DNA of 64,000 nucleotides from an uncultured Pelagibacteraceae bacterium (GTDB lineage Bacteria > Pseudomonadota > Alphaproteobacteria > Pelagibacterales > Pelagibacteraceae), in the NCBI GenBank assembly GCA_902574045.1, contig CACGMG010000001.1:1919-65918 (forward strand), written 5' to 3'. Position 1 is the stretch's first letter. Each line of letters begins with the position of its first letter. Below, piece after piece: positions 51,488 to 62,175 of this stretch. Both the position numbers and the translations under genes were made by a program. The notes under the pieces were generated by a model. The model saw only the letters and a program-made list of their open reading frames with translations, did no database searches and was not told the origin of the DNA.

Positions 51488-52090
51488 ATGGCACACCCAA
51501 ATTTCGCAGATTTCTATCAAGTTCCAGATCTAAAATTTGATATTAAAAGATTAAGGTCTGATTTAGATGTAATCTTAATGAATAAAGGATTTAAATCTCC
51601 AGAAGGTGTTACTAATTTTGGAGCTATACCTTTAAATCAAATACCGAATGACAATGAGTCAATTAAGGGAAATAATATCAGGGGTATTTATTGGACAATA
51701 CCTGATGAAAAAGGAAAAGAAGTTGCAAGAGATATACCTATTGAAGAGTCTAGATACACTCAGATTCTTCCTGAATTTAAGAATACATATTTTAATGAGG
51801 TTTATGAAGTTTTAAAAAGCAAATTTAAATTAGGTAGAGTGAGGTTGCTATTAAAAGAACCAAGATCAACTCTTAGCTGGCACAAAGATCCTGAACCAAG
51901 ACTACATATACCAATTATTACTAATTTAGGTTGCTCGATGGTTATAGAAAATATTGCTAAACATTTACCTGCAGATGGTCAAGTGACTATAACAAACAAT
52001 ACTAAATATCATAATTTTTTTAATGGAGGAGAACAGTCAAGAATCCATTTAGTAGCATGTGTTCTAGAAAATCCTTTTAAAAAAAATTGA
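51488..52090 (+). CDS. aspartyl/asparaginyl beta-hydroxylase-like 2OG-Fe(II) oxygenase, substrate unknown
   Basis: WHKD (HxD), RLHIPI, distal HNFFNGGEQSRIHLV; no TM or signal peptide. Confidence 0.78.
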   Translation: MAHPNFADFYQVPDLKFDIKRLRSDLDVILMNKGFKSPEGVTNFGAIPLNQIPNDNESIKGNNIRGIYWTIPDEKGKEVARDIPIEESRYTQILPEFKNTYFNEVYEVLKSKFKLGRVRLLLKEPRSTLSWHKDPEPRLHIPIITNLGCSMVIENIAKHLPADGQVTITNNTKYHNFFNGGEQSRIHLVACVLENPFKKN

Positions 52091-52524
52091 AATCCTTATT
52101 TAAAAAAATTTGCATTGCTTCAGATCACGCAGGATTTTATCTAAAAGATTATATTAAAGATCTTTTAATACAAAACAATATTTCAGTAATAGATTTGGGT
52201 ACATTGACAGATAAATCCGTGGATTATCCAGATTACGCAAAAAAAGTATCGAACAGGATTAAATCAGGTAGAAGCGATCTAGGAATACTAGTTTGTGGAT
52301 CAGGCACAGGAATGGCAATAAGTGCTAATAAAATCAAAGGAATTAGAGCAGCAGTTTGTTATAACTTAAAATCTACAAGATTGTCTAGACTGCATAATAA
52401 TGCTAATATTATTTCTTTAGGATCAAGATTAATAAGTAAAAAAAATGCATTTAAACTAGTTTCTATTTTTTTAAAAACTAAATTTGAAGGCGGCAGACAT
52501 TTAAGAAGGGTAAAAAAAATATAA
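52087..52524 (+). CDS. rpiB: ribose-5-phosphate isomerase B
   Basis: ASDHAG, VDYPDYA, CGSGTGM, HNNAN, FEGGRH; TTG start overlapping upstream stop. Confidence 0.96.
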   Translation: MKSLFKKICIASDHAGFYLKDYIKDLLIQNNISVIDLGTLTDKSVDYPDYAKKVSNRIKSGRSDLGILVCGSGTGMAISANKIKGIRAAVCYNLKSTRLSRLHNNANIISLGSRLISKKNAFKLVSIFLKTKFEGGRHLRRVKKI

Positions 52525-52526
52525 TT

Positions 52527-53828
52527 ATGTCCACAGCGTTTAAGATTGATAAATTTTTGAATAATTTCTTCCGTTTAAGTCTTCAAGACTCTGATAGAGA
52601 GCTTTATGACTCAGTTAAAAAAGAATTTATAAGACAGCAAAATCATGTTGAATTAATTGCTTCAGAAAATATAGTTTCAAAAGCTGTTCTCGAAGCTCAA
52701 GGTTCTGTATTAACAAATAAATATGCAGAAGGTTACCCTGGTAAAAGATACTATGGAGGATGCGAATTTGTTGATCATTCTGAAACTTTGGCAATAGAGC
52801 GTGCTAAAAAATTGTTCAATTGTAAATTTGCCAATGTTCAGCCTCATTCAGGAGCTCAGGCTAACGGCGCTGTATATCTAGCGCTGATAAAACCCGGAGA
52901 TACTATTCTTGGGATGAGTTTAAATTCTGGTGGTCATCTTACACATGGAGCTAAACCTGCTCAGTCGGGTAAATGGTTTAATGCAATTCATTACGATGTA
53001 GATAAAAAATCAGGTTTAATTGATTACGAAAATGTTGAAAAATTAGCATTGGAAAATAAACCAAAATTAATAATTGCAGGTGGTAGCGCGTATTCTAGAA
53101 AAATTGATTTTAAAAAATTTAGAGATATAGCAGACAAAGTAGGTGCTTATTTTTTAGTTGATATGGCTCATTTCTCAGGTTTGGTTGCTGGAGGCATGTA
53201 TCCCAATCCGACAAAATATGCTGACGTTGTAACATCAACTACTCACAAAGTTTTGAGAGGCCCAAGAGGAGGAATAATTTTAACAAATAATGAGAATCTA
53301 ATTAAAAAATTTAATAGCGCTATATTTCCTGGGTTACAAGGTGGGCCATTGATGCATGTTATTGCAGCAAAAGCAGTTTGTTTCAAAGAAGCTTTATCTG
53401 ATGAATTTAAAACTTATACTAAACAAGTAATAAACAATGCTAAAACTTTGTCTGATAAATTAGTTGAAAATGGATTTAAGATATTTTCCGGAGGAACAGA
53501 CACACACTTGATGTTAGTTGATTTGAGGGATTTTAATGTTACTGGAAAAGATGCAGAGAGTTCTTTAGTTCGATCGAACATAACATGCAACAAGAACGGC
53601 ATTCCATTTGATACTGAAAGTCCTATGATAACCTCTGGTATTCGACTTGGTACACCAGCATGTACTACAAGGGGTTTTGGGTCTAAAGAATTTTCTTTGG
53701 TCGCTGATTTAATTACTAAAGTTGTAAAAGGTTTAAGTAAAAATGGCTCAAATAACTCAAAAATAGAAAAAGAGGTACAAAAAGAGATTATTGATCTTTG
53801 CTCGTCTTTCCCTATATATAGTGATTAA
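52527..53828 (+). CDS. glyA: serine hydroxymethyltransferase
   Basis: [42 protein letters not shown]. Confidence 0.99.
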   Translation: MSTAFKIDKFLNNFFRLSLQDSDRELYDSVKKEFIRQQNHVELIASENIVSKAVLEAQGSVLTNKYAEGYPGKRYYGGCEFVDHSETLAIERAKKLFNCKFANVQPHSGAQANGAVYLALIKPGDTILGMSLNSGGHLTHGAKPAQSGKWFNAIHYDVDKKSGLIDYENVEKLALENKPKLIIAGGSAYSRKIDFKKFRDIADKVGAYFLVDMAHFSGLVAGGMYPNPTKYADVVTSTTHKVLRGPRGGIILTNNENLIKKFNSAIFPGLQGGPLMHVIAAKAVCFKEALSDEFKTYTKQVINNAKTLSDKLVENGFKIFSGGTDTHLMLVDLRDFNVTGKDAESSLVRSNITCNKNGIPFDTESPMITSGIRLGTPACTTRGFGSKEFSLVADLITKVVKGLSKNGSNNSKIEKEVQKEIIDLCSSFPIYSD

Positions 53829-53843
53829 TTAATATAAATAACT

Positions 53844-54305
53844 ATGCTTTGTCCATTTTGTAGAGAAAAAGACACCTCCGTTGTAGACTCAAGACCTACA
53901 GAAGACGGTACTGCAATTAGAAGACGTAGATTATGTGGTTGTGAACGTAAGGAAAGATTTACAACTTTTGAAAGAGTTCAATTCCAAGAATTAACTGTAA
54001 TTAAAGGTAACGGAAAAAGAGAGCCTTTTGATAGAGATAAAATTTCTAAATCTATAAGAATAGCAACCAGAAAAAGACCGATTGACTCTGAAACAATAGA
54101 AAAATTCATATCTAAGATAGTAAGAAATCTAGAGGGTTTAGGAGAAAGTGAAATTCCAACTCCAACCATAGGAAAATTTATTATGGAGGGATTGTCAAGT
54201 TTAGATAAAGTCGCCTACGTTCGTTTTGCCTCAGTGTATAAAAATTTTAAAGAGGCGAAAGATTTTGAGCAGTTTGTGGGTAACTTAGATGAAAATAAAT
54301 CATAA
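53844..54305 (+). CDS. nrdR: transcriptional repressor NrdR
   Basis: CPFC, VDSR, IRRRR, RFTTFE, ATP cone, [10 protein letters not shown]. Confidence 0.97.
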   Translation: MLCPFCREKDTSVVDSRPTEDGTAIRRRRLCGCERKERFTTFERVQFQELTVIKGNGKREPFDRDKISKSIRIATRKRPIDSETIEKFISKIVRNLEGLGESEIPTPTIGKFIMEGLSSLDKVAYVRFASVYKNFKEAKDFEQFVGNLDENKS

Positions 54306-55365
54306 TAATTATTTGAAACTAGCGTTTGAGAACGCCAAGGTAAATCTTGGTAAAACCAATGCAAATCCATCTGTTGGATGTGTGGTTGTCAAAAATAACT
54401 CAGTAATATCTTCAGGCAGAACTTCTCTTTCAGGAAGACCTCATGCGGAAGCTAATGCTTTAAAAATAAATAAAAATTTTAATGAAGCAGATTTATATCT
54501 AACATTAGAACCATGCACACATTATGGATTAACACCTCCATGTACTAATCTAATAATCAAAAAAGGTATAAAGAGGGTATTTTTTTCATTTTATGATATT
54601 GATAAAAGAACTTCTAGATTGTCAAAAAAAGAATTAAACAAAAAAAAGATAAAGGCTTATCGAAAGTTTAATAAAGAATACGCAAGTTTTTATCAAAGTT
54701 ATTTTACTAATAAAAAAAAATTTGAACCATTGATTGATGCTAAAATTGCAATATCAAAAGATTACTATACTATTAATCGAAATTCTAAGTGGATCACCAA
54801 TTTATTATCTAGAAAAAGAGCGCATTTAATAAGATCAGAGTATGACGCGATTGTATCAACCTCAAAATCAATTAATAGCGATAATTCTCTTTTAAACTGT
54901 AGACTTAACGGATTTAATAAAAATAAACCAGATGTATTTATTATTGATATAAATTTTAAAATTAAAAAAAATTTGAAATTATTAAAAAATTCAAAAAAAA
55001 GAAAAATCTTTTTGATAACATCTGAAAAAAACAGTAAAAAGATTTCTACTCTAAAGAAATTTGGTGTCAAAGTCGTCAATGTAAAACGATTAGATAGTAA
55101 ATACGATTTTAAAAATTTATTTAAAACAATTAAAAAACTGGGGTATAATAGACTTTTAGTAGAAAGTGGTTTAATATTTTTAAACAAGTTATTAAAATAT
55201 AAGCTAATTTATAATATGTTCGTTTTTAAATCTTCTGTTTCACTAAAATTTCAAGGCAAAAATAATTCATCAAATTATCATATTAAAAAATTGAAATTAA
55301 ACCATAAGGTTAAAGTAAATTTGCAAAAAGATATTTTATATAAGGTAAAAATTAGAAATGTTTAA
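54289..55365 (+). CDS. ribD: riboflavin biosynthesis deaminase/reductase RibD
   Basis: [23 protein letters not shown]; divergent reductase domain. Confidence 0.92.
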   Translation: MKINHNNYLKLAFENAKVNLGKTNANPSVGCVVVKNNSVISSGRTSLSGRPHAEANALKINKNFNEADLYLTLEPCTHYGLTPPCTNLIIKKGIKRVFFSFYDIDKRTSRLSKKELNKKKIKAYRKFNKEYASFYQSYFTNKKKFEPLIDAKIAISKDYYTINRNSKWITNLLSRKRAHLIRSEYDAIVSTSKSINSDNSLLNCRLNGFNKNKPDVFIIDINFKIKKNLKLLKNSKKRKIFLITSEKNSKKISTLKKFGVKVVNVKRLDSKYDFKNLFKTIKKLGYNRLLVESGLIFLNKLLKYKLIYNMFVFKSSVSLKFQGKNNSSNYHIKKLKLNHKVKVNLQKDILYKVKIRNV

Positions 55366-55957
55366 TGGAATAATATATAAACAAGGTATCATTAAAAGTA
55401 TTAGAAAAAGCCCAAGATACGTTAAAGGAAGTTTAGTAATAGAAATCAAATCAGATATTAAATTTAATAAAAAAGATGTAGGCGAGTCCGTTAGTTGTGA
55501 TGGAGTTTGTCTTACTTTAGTAAGAATTAAAAATAATTCTTTTTTGTTTTATTTATCTAAAGAAACAATTACAAGATCAAATTTTAGATATAGTAGAGTT
55601 GGAAAAATTGTTAATTTAGAAAAATCATTACTACATGGTCAAAAAATTTCTGGTCATTACGTTCAAGGTCACGTTGATACTACGGCTAGTGTTGAAAATA
55701 TTTCTATTGTTGAAAAAACCTGGATAATAAAGCTGAAATTAACTAAAAGAGTTCATCATAAGTCTTTAGTTGAAAAGGCTTCAATTTCTATTAATGGAGT
55801 ATCTTTAACCATCTCAAAAATTAATACAAACACATTTCAAATAAATGTTATACCGCATACTTTAAAACTTACTAATCTTAAAAATTTAAAACATAAAGAT
55901 ATTGTAAATGTTGAGATAGATATTTTTAGTAAATATATCTCAAAAATAAAAAAATGA
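55358..55957 (+). CDS. ribE: riboflavin synthase (alpha chain)
   Basis: MFNGII, GVCLT, VNLE, GHYVQGHVD, NGVSLT. Confidence 0.96.
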   Translation: MFNGIIYKQGIIKSIRKSPRYVKGSLVIEIKSDIKFNKKDVGESVSCDGVCLTLVRIKNNSFLFYLSKETITRSNFRYSRVGKIVNLEKSLLHGQKISGHYVQGHVDTTASVENISIVEKTWIIKLKLTKRVHHKSLVEKASISINGVSLTISKINTNTFQINVIPHTLKLTNLKNLKHKDIVNVEIDIFSKYISKIKK

Positions 55958-57015
55958 TCAGTAACAAAGTTTTCTCATCAATTAATGAAATTATCAAAGA
56001 TGCTCGCAAGGGAAAGATGTTTATTCTGGTAGACGATAAAGACAGAGAAAATGAGGGTGATTTAATAATTCCTGGTTCTAAATGTAATTCTAAAAGTATA
56101 AATTTTATGGCTAAACATGGAAGGGGATTAATATGTTTGGCTTTATCTAAATTCCAAATTGAAAGACTAAAACTTCCATTAATGTCACGATTGAACAAAT
56201 CTAGAATGCAAACTGCCTTTACAGTTTCAATAGAGGCGAAGAAAGGAATATCCACAGGTATTTCTGCATATGATAGAGCAAAAACAATTAAAGTTGCAAT
56301 AAATTCAAAAACTAAAAAAAAAGATATTGTTTCACCGGGACACGTTTTTCCTTTAGTCGCTAGAGCAGGTGGAGTTCTCGAAAGAGCAGGTCACACAGAA
56401 GCATCTGTTGACATTTCAAAATTAAGCAGACTAAACCCAAGTGCTGTAATATGTGAAGTCATGAATGAAGATGGAAGAATGGCTAGACTTAAAGATCTTC
56501 ATAAATTTTCAAAAAAACATAAAATTAAAATTGCATCAATCGATGATTTGATTGCTTATAGACTAAAAAATGAAAAATTAATTAATAAAGTACCGAATAA
56601 AAATTATTACTATAAAAAGAATAAATCTTTCGATTATCAAATTTATGAAAATATATTAGACAAATCAAAAAATTATGTACTTAAAAAAGGAAAAATAAAT
56701 CCTCATAAAGCAGTAAGAGTAAGAGTTGTATCTATTAAGTTTAAGAATTATAAACACGTATTAAAGAACAACAAAGTAATCAAGTCGTTAAAATATCTCT
56801 CAAGATTTAATAACTTTATTTTAATTATAATAAATAATGATAAAATTGATAGAAATGAAAAAGATAATGCTATTTTACGATATTACGGTATAGGAGCACA
56901 AATTATCAAAGACTTAAAAGTCAAAAATATGATACTTGTAACAAAATCTAGAAAAAAAATTATAGGTTTAGATGGTTTTGGATTAAAAATAAAAAAGCAG
57001 GAAATTATCAAATGA
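55954..57015 (+). CDS. ribB: DHBP synthase fused to degenerate GTP cyclohydrolase II-like domain (RibBX-type)
   Basis: DDKDRENEGD, TAFTVS, PGHVFP, RAGHTEA; C-terminal RYYGIGAQII but no Zn-binding Cys. Confidence 0.92.
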   Translation: MISNKVFSSINEIIKDARKGKMFILVDDKDRENEGDLIIPGSKCNSKSINFMAKHGRGLICLALSKFQIERLKLPLMSRLNKSRMQTAFTVSIEAKKGISTGISAYDRAKTIKVAINSKTKKKDIVSPGHVFPLVARAGGVLERAGHTEASVDISKLSRLNPSAVICEVMNEDGRMARLKDLHKFSKKHKIKIASIDDLIAYRLKNEKLINKVPNKNYYYKKNKSFDYQIYENILDKSKNYVLKKGKINPHKAVRVRVVSIKFKNYKHVLKNNKVIKSLKYLSRFNNFILIIINNDKIDRNEKDNAILRYYGIGAQIIKDLKVKNMILVTKSRKKIIGLDGFGLKIKKQEIIK

Positions 57016-57440
57016 AAAAAATTTTAATCATAAATGCAAATTATTACGAAGATATTTCTAAAAGATTATTTTCTTCTACAAGTAAAGAACTAAAAAAACA
57101 CAACATAAAACTAAAACGAATTGATGTTCCTGGTGTTTTTGAAATACCTTTTACTTTAAGAAAATATATCAAAAAATTTGATGCTTTTGTAGTAATAGGA
57201 TGCGTAATTAAAGGACAAACACCTCATTTTGAATTAATCACGAGTTCAACATTTGATGCTTTGATTAGAATTTCTGTAGATTTTAATAAACCTATAACAA
57301 ATGGAATTATTACCTGTCTAAATAAGAAACAAGCTATTGAAAGAAGTTCAATTAAAGATAACTCATCAAAAAATAATAAAGGATACGAAGCAGCAAAAGC
57401 AGTTATTAATCTTCTTAAGAATGAACCAAAAAATTCATAA
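57012..57440 (+). CDS. ribH: 6,7-dimethyl-8-ribityllumazine synthase
   Basis: VPGVFEIP, GCVIKGQTPHFE, NKGYEAA. Confidence 0.95.
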   Translation: MKKILIINANYYEDISKRLFSSTSKELKKHNIKLKRIDVPGVFEIPFTLRKYIKKFDAFVVIGCVIKGQTPHFELITSSTFDALIRISVDFNKPITNGIITCLNKKQAIERSSIKDNSSKNNKGYEAAKAVINLLKNEPKNS

Positions 57441-57819
57441 AAATTCTTCGCCTAGGATAAAGGTCATTCAGAAAATATATGGATCTTTGATGAATCCAGA
57501 CGTCGAAATTGAATACCCAAAAAATCAATATAGGAAGTATATAAAAGATGTCGTTTCAGGCACTCTCGAGAGAACAGATCTAATTGAAAAAACTATCATA
57601 AAGCATCTAGACAAAGATATAGATTTAAAAAAAACTGATAAGCTGCTTAAGATAATTTTATTTTCAGCTGTTTTTGAGTTTTTATTCAAGCACAATACAC
57701 CCAAAAACGTAATTATAAGTGAGTATGTTAAAGCCTCAGAATTTTTCTTAGAAAAAGCTCAGATTAGCTACTTAAATGCGATCTTGGATAAATTGTCAAA
57801 ATCAATAAGAAATTCTTGA
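57421..57819 (+). CDS. nusB: transcription antitermination factor NusB
   Basis: Follows ribH; IQKIY, PKNVIISEYV, YLNAILDKL; start moved to ATG 57421. Confidence 0.88.
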   Translation: MNQKIHKNSSPRIKVIQKIYGSLMNPDVEIEYPKNQYRKYIKDVVSGTLERTDLIEKTIIKHLDKDIDLKKTDKLLKIILFSAVFEFLFKHNTPKNVIISEYVKASEFFLEKAQISYLNAILDKLSKSIRNS

Positions 57820-57897
57820 ATTTTAGTGAATTTGTCACCAAAGACAAATAACTTTAACTTGCGTTTCATTAATATATTTGGCATTTATCCTGTTTAA

Positions 57898-60003
57898 ATG
57901 AATAACTATTTAGAATTATTATACTTAATTTCTTTTTCCGGAATTCTAGCTGTTGCATACAGCTATTTGTTGTCGGGGCAAATACTTTCTGCCAGTCCTG
58001 GAAATAACAAAATGCAAGAAATAGCTGAAGCGATTCAAATCGGAGCTAAAGCTTATTTAAATCGTCAATATAAGACAATTGCTATAGTAGGTATCATCGT
58101 ATTGGCGATAGTAACTTATTTTTTCAATTATTTGGTTGGATTAGGATATTTTATTGGCGCTTTCCTTTCAGGTGTAGCTGGTTATGTAGGCATGCTAATA
58201 TCTGTTAAGGCTAATGTAAGAACAGCAGAAGCTTCGAGAAGTAGTCTACAGTCAGGATTAACTATAGCTTTTAAATCAGGTGCTATTACAGGTCTTTTAG
58301 TTGCCGGTTTAGCTTTATTGGCAATAACTTTATATTATATAATTTTGATAAATCTTAATGCAGATAGCAGAGAAATTATTAATGCTTTAGTAGCCTTAGG
58401 TTTTGGAGCATCATTAATATCAATTTTTGCAAGATTAGGAGGGGGTATTTTTACTAAAGGTGCAGATGTAGGAGCAGATTTAGTTGGCAAAGTTGAGGCT
58501 GGAATACCTGAAGATGATCCTAGAAACCCAGCCGTTATAGCAGACAACGTTGGGGATAATGTAGGAGACTGCGCTGGAATGGCTGCAGACTTATTTGAAA
58601 CTTACGCTGTAACAATTGTAGCTACGATGGTTTTATCTTCAATATTTTTTCCTATGAGTTTGAACTTGATGGTTTATCCTTTAGCTATTGGAGGAGCATG
58701 TATAATCACTTCAATTATTGGAACTTGGTTTGTAAAATTAGGAAAAAGTAGAAATATAATGAATGCTTTATATAAGGGCTTTATTGTTACATCTATCACT
58801 TCTTTATTAATTTTATATCCAATAACAGACGGAATAGTAGGTTTAGATAAAGTTTACAGTGATAATAAAGGCACAAGTTTTTCTGGTTTAAACTTGTATA
58901 TATGTGGTGTTGTTGGATTTGTGATTACAGGATTATTAATTTGGATTACAGAATATTATACTGGCACAAATTTTAGACCAGTTCAATCTGTAGCAAAATC
59001 TTCAACTACCGGTCACGGCACTAATGTGATTCAAGGACTAGCTATTTCGATGGAGGCTACTGCAATTCCAGCTTTAATAATTGTAGCTGGTATTTTGTAC
59101 ACAAATAATCTGGCAGGGTTGTATGGTATTGCAATTGCTGTAACTTCTATGCTTGCTTTAACTGGCATGGTTGTAGCCCTAGATGCCTATGGACCAGTAA
59201 CTGATAATGCTGGAGGAATTGCAGAGATGTCTAAATTACCAAGAAGTGTGAGAAAAACTACAGATGCTTTAGATGCAGTTGGAAACACTACTAAAGCAGT
59301 AACAAAGGGCTACGCTATTGGCTCAGCAGGACTTGGTGCCCTAGTTTTATTTGCTGCGTATACAGAGGATATTAAATATTTTTCTACAGTCAAAGAATCA
59401 TCTTTATTTGGTGTTAACGTTACATTTGATTTATCAAATCCATTTGTAGTCGCTGGTTTACTTGTTGGAGGGATGTTACCTTATCTATTTGGATCAATGG
59501 GTATGCAAGCAGTGGGACGAGCAGGGGGTGCAGTTGTGGTTGAAGTTAGAAGACAATTTAAAAAGATACCTGGCATAATGAAAGGCAAAAGAAAACCTGA
59601 TTACGGTAGATTAGTTGATTTGTTAACAAAGGCTGCCATTAAAGAAATGATCATTCCATCGTTGTTGCCAGTTTTATCTCCAATAATTTTATACTTTATT
59701 ATTCTTCAAATCGGAGGATTAGAAGCAGCTTTAGCTTCACTTGGTGCAATGTTGCTAGGGGTTATTATAACTGGTTTATTCGTAGCTGTTTCTATGACAG
59801 CAGGTGGTGGTGCATGGGATAATGCAAAAAAATATATTGAAGATGGCAATTTTGGTGGCAAAGGTTCAGATGCTCATAAGTCTGCAGTTACAGGAGATAC
59901 TGTTGGAGACCCCTACAAAGATACAGCAGGTCCAGCTATAAATCCGATGATAAAGATTACCAATATTGTTGCTCTATTGCTCTTAGCTGTAATTGCCCAC
60001 TAA
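57898..60003 (+). CDS. hppA: membrane H+-translocating pyrophosphatase (K+-independent type)
   Basis: [26 protein letters not shown] (Lys determinant), [10 protein letters not shown]. Confidence 0.97.
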   Translation: MNNYLELLYLISFSGILAVAYSYLLSGQILSASPGNNKMQEIAEAIQIGAKAYLNRQYKTIAIVGIIVLAIVTYFFNYLVGLGYFIGAFLSGVAGYVGMLISVKANVRTAEASRSSLQSGLTIAFKSGAITGLLVAGLALLAITLYYIILINLNADSREIINALVALGFGASLISIFARLGGGIFTKGADVGADLVGKVEAGIPEDDPRNPAVIADNVGDNVGDCAGMAADLFETYAVTIVATMVLSSIFFPMSLNLMVYPLAIGGACIITSIIGTWFVKLGKSRNIMNALYKGFIVTSITSLLILYPITDGIVGLDKVYSDNKGTSFSGLNLYICGVVGFVITGLLIWITEYYTGTNFRPVQSVAKSSTTGHGTNVIQGLAISMEATAIPALIIVAGILYTNNLAGLYGIAIAVTSMLALTGMVVALDAYGPVTDNAGGIAEMSKLPRSVRKTTDALDAVGNTTKAVTKGYAIGSAGLGALVLFAAYTEDIKYFSTVKESSLFGVNVTFDLSNPFVVAGLLVGGMLPYLFGSMGMQAVGRAGGAVVVEVRRQFKKIPGIMKGKRKPDYGRLVDLLTKAAIKEMIIPSLLPVLSPIILYFIILQIGGLEAALASLGAMLLGVIITGLFVAVSMTAGGGAWDNAKKYIEDGNFGGKGSDAHKSAVTGDTVGDPYKDTAGPAINPMIKITNIVALLLLAVIAH

Positions 60004-60005
60004 CT

Positions 60006-60473
60006 TTATTTATCTCTACTATACATTTTTTCGCGTAAACTAGATAAAAAGGACTCAACAAAACTTTTTTTGCTCAATTGATTTTCTGTTTTTTTCTCCG
60101 AAAATCTAACTTCATTAATATTATTTTTTGTATATATTTTTTTTTCTTCTAATATTCCATATTTGTCAAAGTAAAGAACTAAAACGTTATTCGTTTTTAA
60201 AACATGTTGACCTAACTTGTGATACTTACCCTTGCTTAGAGTCCTCTCTAAATATATCCAAATATCATCATTTTCATGAGATTTAGAATGAGGTTGACCC
60301 AATATACTTATAATATCATTTTTATTGGTTTTTTTAACAACCAAAGTCTTAGATCTATTTTCTAGAAACAATATACCATGGTTCTTATCTGGATCTTTTA
60401 ATTGACATCCCATTGAAATAAATAATAAAAGAAATAATATTTTATTGAAATGATATTTAATATTAAAAAACAT
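60006..60473 (-). CDS. bamE: outer membrane assembly lipoprotein BamE/SmpA
   Basis: Lipoprotein signal ending SMGC, ILGQP, WIYLE, LYFD. Confidence 0.82.
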   Translation of the reverse strand: MFFNIKYHFNKILFLLLFISMGCQLKDPDKNHGILFLENRSKTLVVKKTNKNDIISILGQPHSKSHENDDIWIYLERTLSKGKYHKLGQHVLKTNNVLVLYFDKYGILEEKKIYTKNNINEVRFSEKKTENQLSKKSFVESFLSSLREKMYSRDK

Positions 60474-60947
60474 AATACACTTCTTTATAACACATTATTA
60501 AGGTTGTCTCGAAATTTATATTTTTATAAAAATATAGGTCTTAAAGATACATTTGAAACAAGGATTTATCTTATGTTTCTACACTTCTCAATTATACTCA
60601 TCATATACAAGAATAAGAAAGTTAAGTTTCCACAAGTTTTGTATGACTCTTTATTTCAATGTATAGAAAATAACTTACGTGAATTAGGTCAAGGTGATGT
60701 TGCTGTTAATAAAAAGATGAAGGACCTAAATAAAATTCTTTACGACATTTTATTAAAAATTAGTGTAAAAATAGATGATTTCAAAATAAGTAAAAATTTA
60801 ATTTTAAAGTATTTTGAAGAATTAAATGCTGTAAACAACAAAAAATATGTCCTATTTGTTGAATATTTTGTAAATTTTTACGATTTTTGTTTTGAACTTT
60901 CTCCCGAAAGCATGATAAAAGATGCCATAAAGTTTAAGGATAAATAA
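60450..60947 (+). CDS. ubiquinol-cytochrome c chaperone (Cbp3 family)
   Basis: [24 protein letters not shown]; typical position divergent from bamE. Confidence 0.85.
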   Translation: MIFNIKKHNTLLYNTLLRLSRNLYFYKNIGLKDTFETRIYLMFLHFSIILIIYKNKKVKFPQVLYDSLFQCIENNLRELGQGDVAVNKKMKDLNKILYDILLKISVKIDDFKISKNLILKYFEELNAVNNKKYVLFVEYFVNFYDFCFELSPESMIKDAIKFKDK

Positions 60948-61120
60948 TGGCTGTACCAAAAAGAAAAACCTCTATATCAAAAAAAAGGATGAGAAGATCT
61001 CATCATAAACTTGTTGCGTCTAATGTGGTTGAAGATAAAAAAAGTGGTGAGTATAAACTTTCCCATCATATAGATTTAAAATCTGGTTATTATAACGGGA
61101 AAAAAATTTTAGATATTTAA
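60947..61120 (+). CDS. rpmF: 50S ribosomal protein L32 (not in ORF track; 57 aa)
   Basis: Translated by eye: [44 protein letters not shown]. Confidence 0.97.
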   Translation: MAVPKRKTSISKKRMRRSHHKLVASNVVEDKKSGEYKLSHHIDLKSGYYNGKKILDI

Positions 61121-61128
61121 TTATTTAA

Positions 61129-62175
61129 ATGAAAAAAAAAATAACTATTGCTATTGATGCAATGGGTGGTGAAAATTCTCCAAAAAAAAATATCGAAGGA
61201 TTGAATATTTTCTTAAAAAAAAATTTAAATAACAACGATTTTTTTATTAAGCTTTTTGGTAATGAAACGATTTTAAAAAAACATCTTTTAGATTTTAATA
61301 TAAAAAGTGAAAATATTGAGATTGTTCACACAGACTCCGTTATTTCTGATGAAGAATCTCCCTTAACAGCAATAAAAAACTCTAAAAATACGAGCATGTG
61401 GAATTCCATAAAGTCTCAAGTTGACGGAGAGTCAGATATAAGCCTATCAGCAGGAAACACTGGAGTGCTTTTTGTTATCTCAAAAATGATTTTGAAAATG
61501 ATGAATGATGTATCCAGACCTGCTTTAGCTGGGTTATGGCCAAGTAAAAAAGGTATGAGTGTAGTTTTAGATCTTGGTGCAAATATTGAATGCGATGAAA
61601 AGAACTTAATTGATTTTTCAGAAATGGGTGCTGCTTTATTTAAATCAATATTTCCGAAACAAAAACCTCATGTAGCTTTACTAAATATAGGTTCAGAGGA
61701 AATAAAAGGAACAGAAATACTTAAAAAGACTTATTCAAAATTAAAAGAACTTAATAGTGAAGATAATTTTATATTTAATGGTTATATAGAGGGAGATCAA
61801 ATAATGAATGGAGATAGTAATGTAATAGTAACCGATGGCTTTACAGGAAATATTGCATTAAAGACTGCAGAAGGAACAGCTAAATTTGTAGTAGATAGTT
61901 TAAAAAGATCACTAACAGAAAATTTATTCTCACGTCTATCAATACTTTTTTCTTATTTTCCACTTAAAAAATTTAAATTAAAACTTGATCCAAGAAAGTA
62001 TAACGGTGCTATTTTTTTAGGATTAAATGGCCCAGTTGTAAAAAGTCATGGTGGTACAGATGCGGTTGGGTTTTACCATTCTATAGACCTATGTTATAGA
62101 ATTATAAAAGGTAACTTAATGGAAGAAATAAAAACTAATTTAAGTCATTTAAATGTTGGAGAAAAAACGAATTAA
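61129..62175 (+). CDS. plsX: phosphate acyltransferase PlsX
   Basis: IAIDAMGGE, SAGNTG, LDLGAN, VTDGFTGN, VKSHG. Confidence 0.97.
   Translation: MKKKITIAIDAMGGENSPKKNIEGLNIFLKKNLNNNDFFIKLFGNETILKKHLLDFNIKSENIEIVHTDSVISDEESPLTAIKNSKNTSMWNSIKSQVDGESDISLSAGNTGVLFVISKMILKMMNDVSRPALAGLWPSKKGMSVVLDLGANIECDEKNLIDFSEMGAALFKSIFPKQKPHVALLNIGSEEIKGTEILKKTYSKLKELNSEDNFIFNGYIEGDQIMNGDSNVIVTDGFTGNIALKTAEGTAKFVVDSLKRSLTENLFSRLSILFSYFPLKKFKLKLDPRKYNGAIFLGLNGPVVKSHGGTDAVGFYHSIDLCYRIIKGNLMEEIKTNLSHLNVGEKTN

Noticed and set aside
16474-57015. Extreme Lys/Asn/Ile richness and long poly-A runs as possible frameshift or phase-variation sites
   Set aside because: All reading frames are intact; this is expected from low GC content
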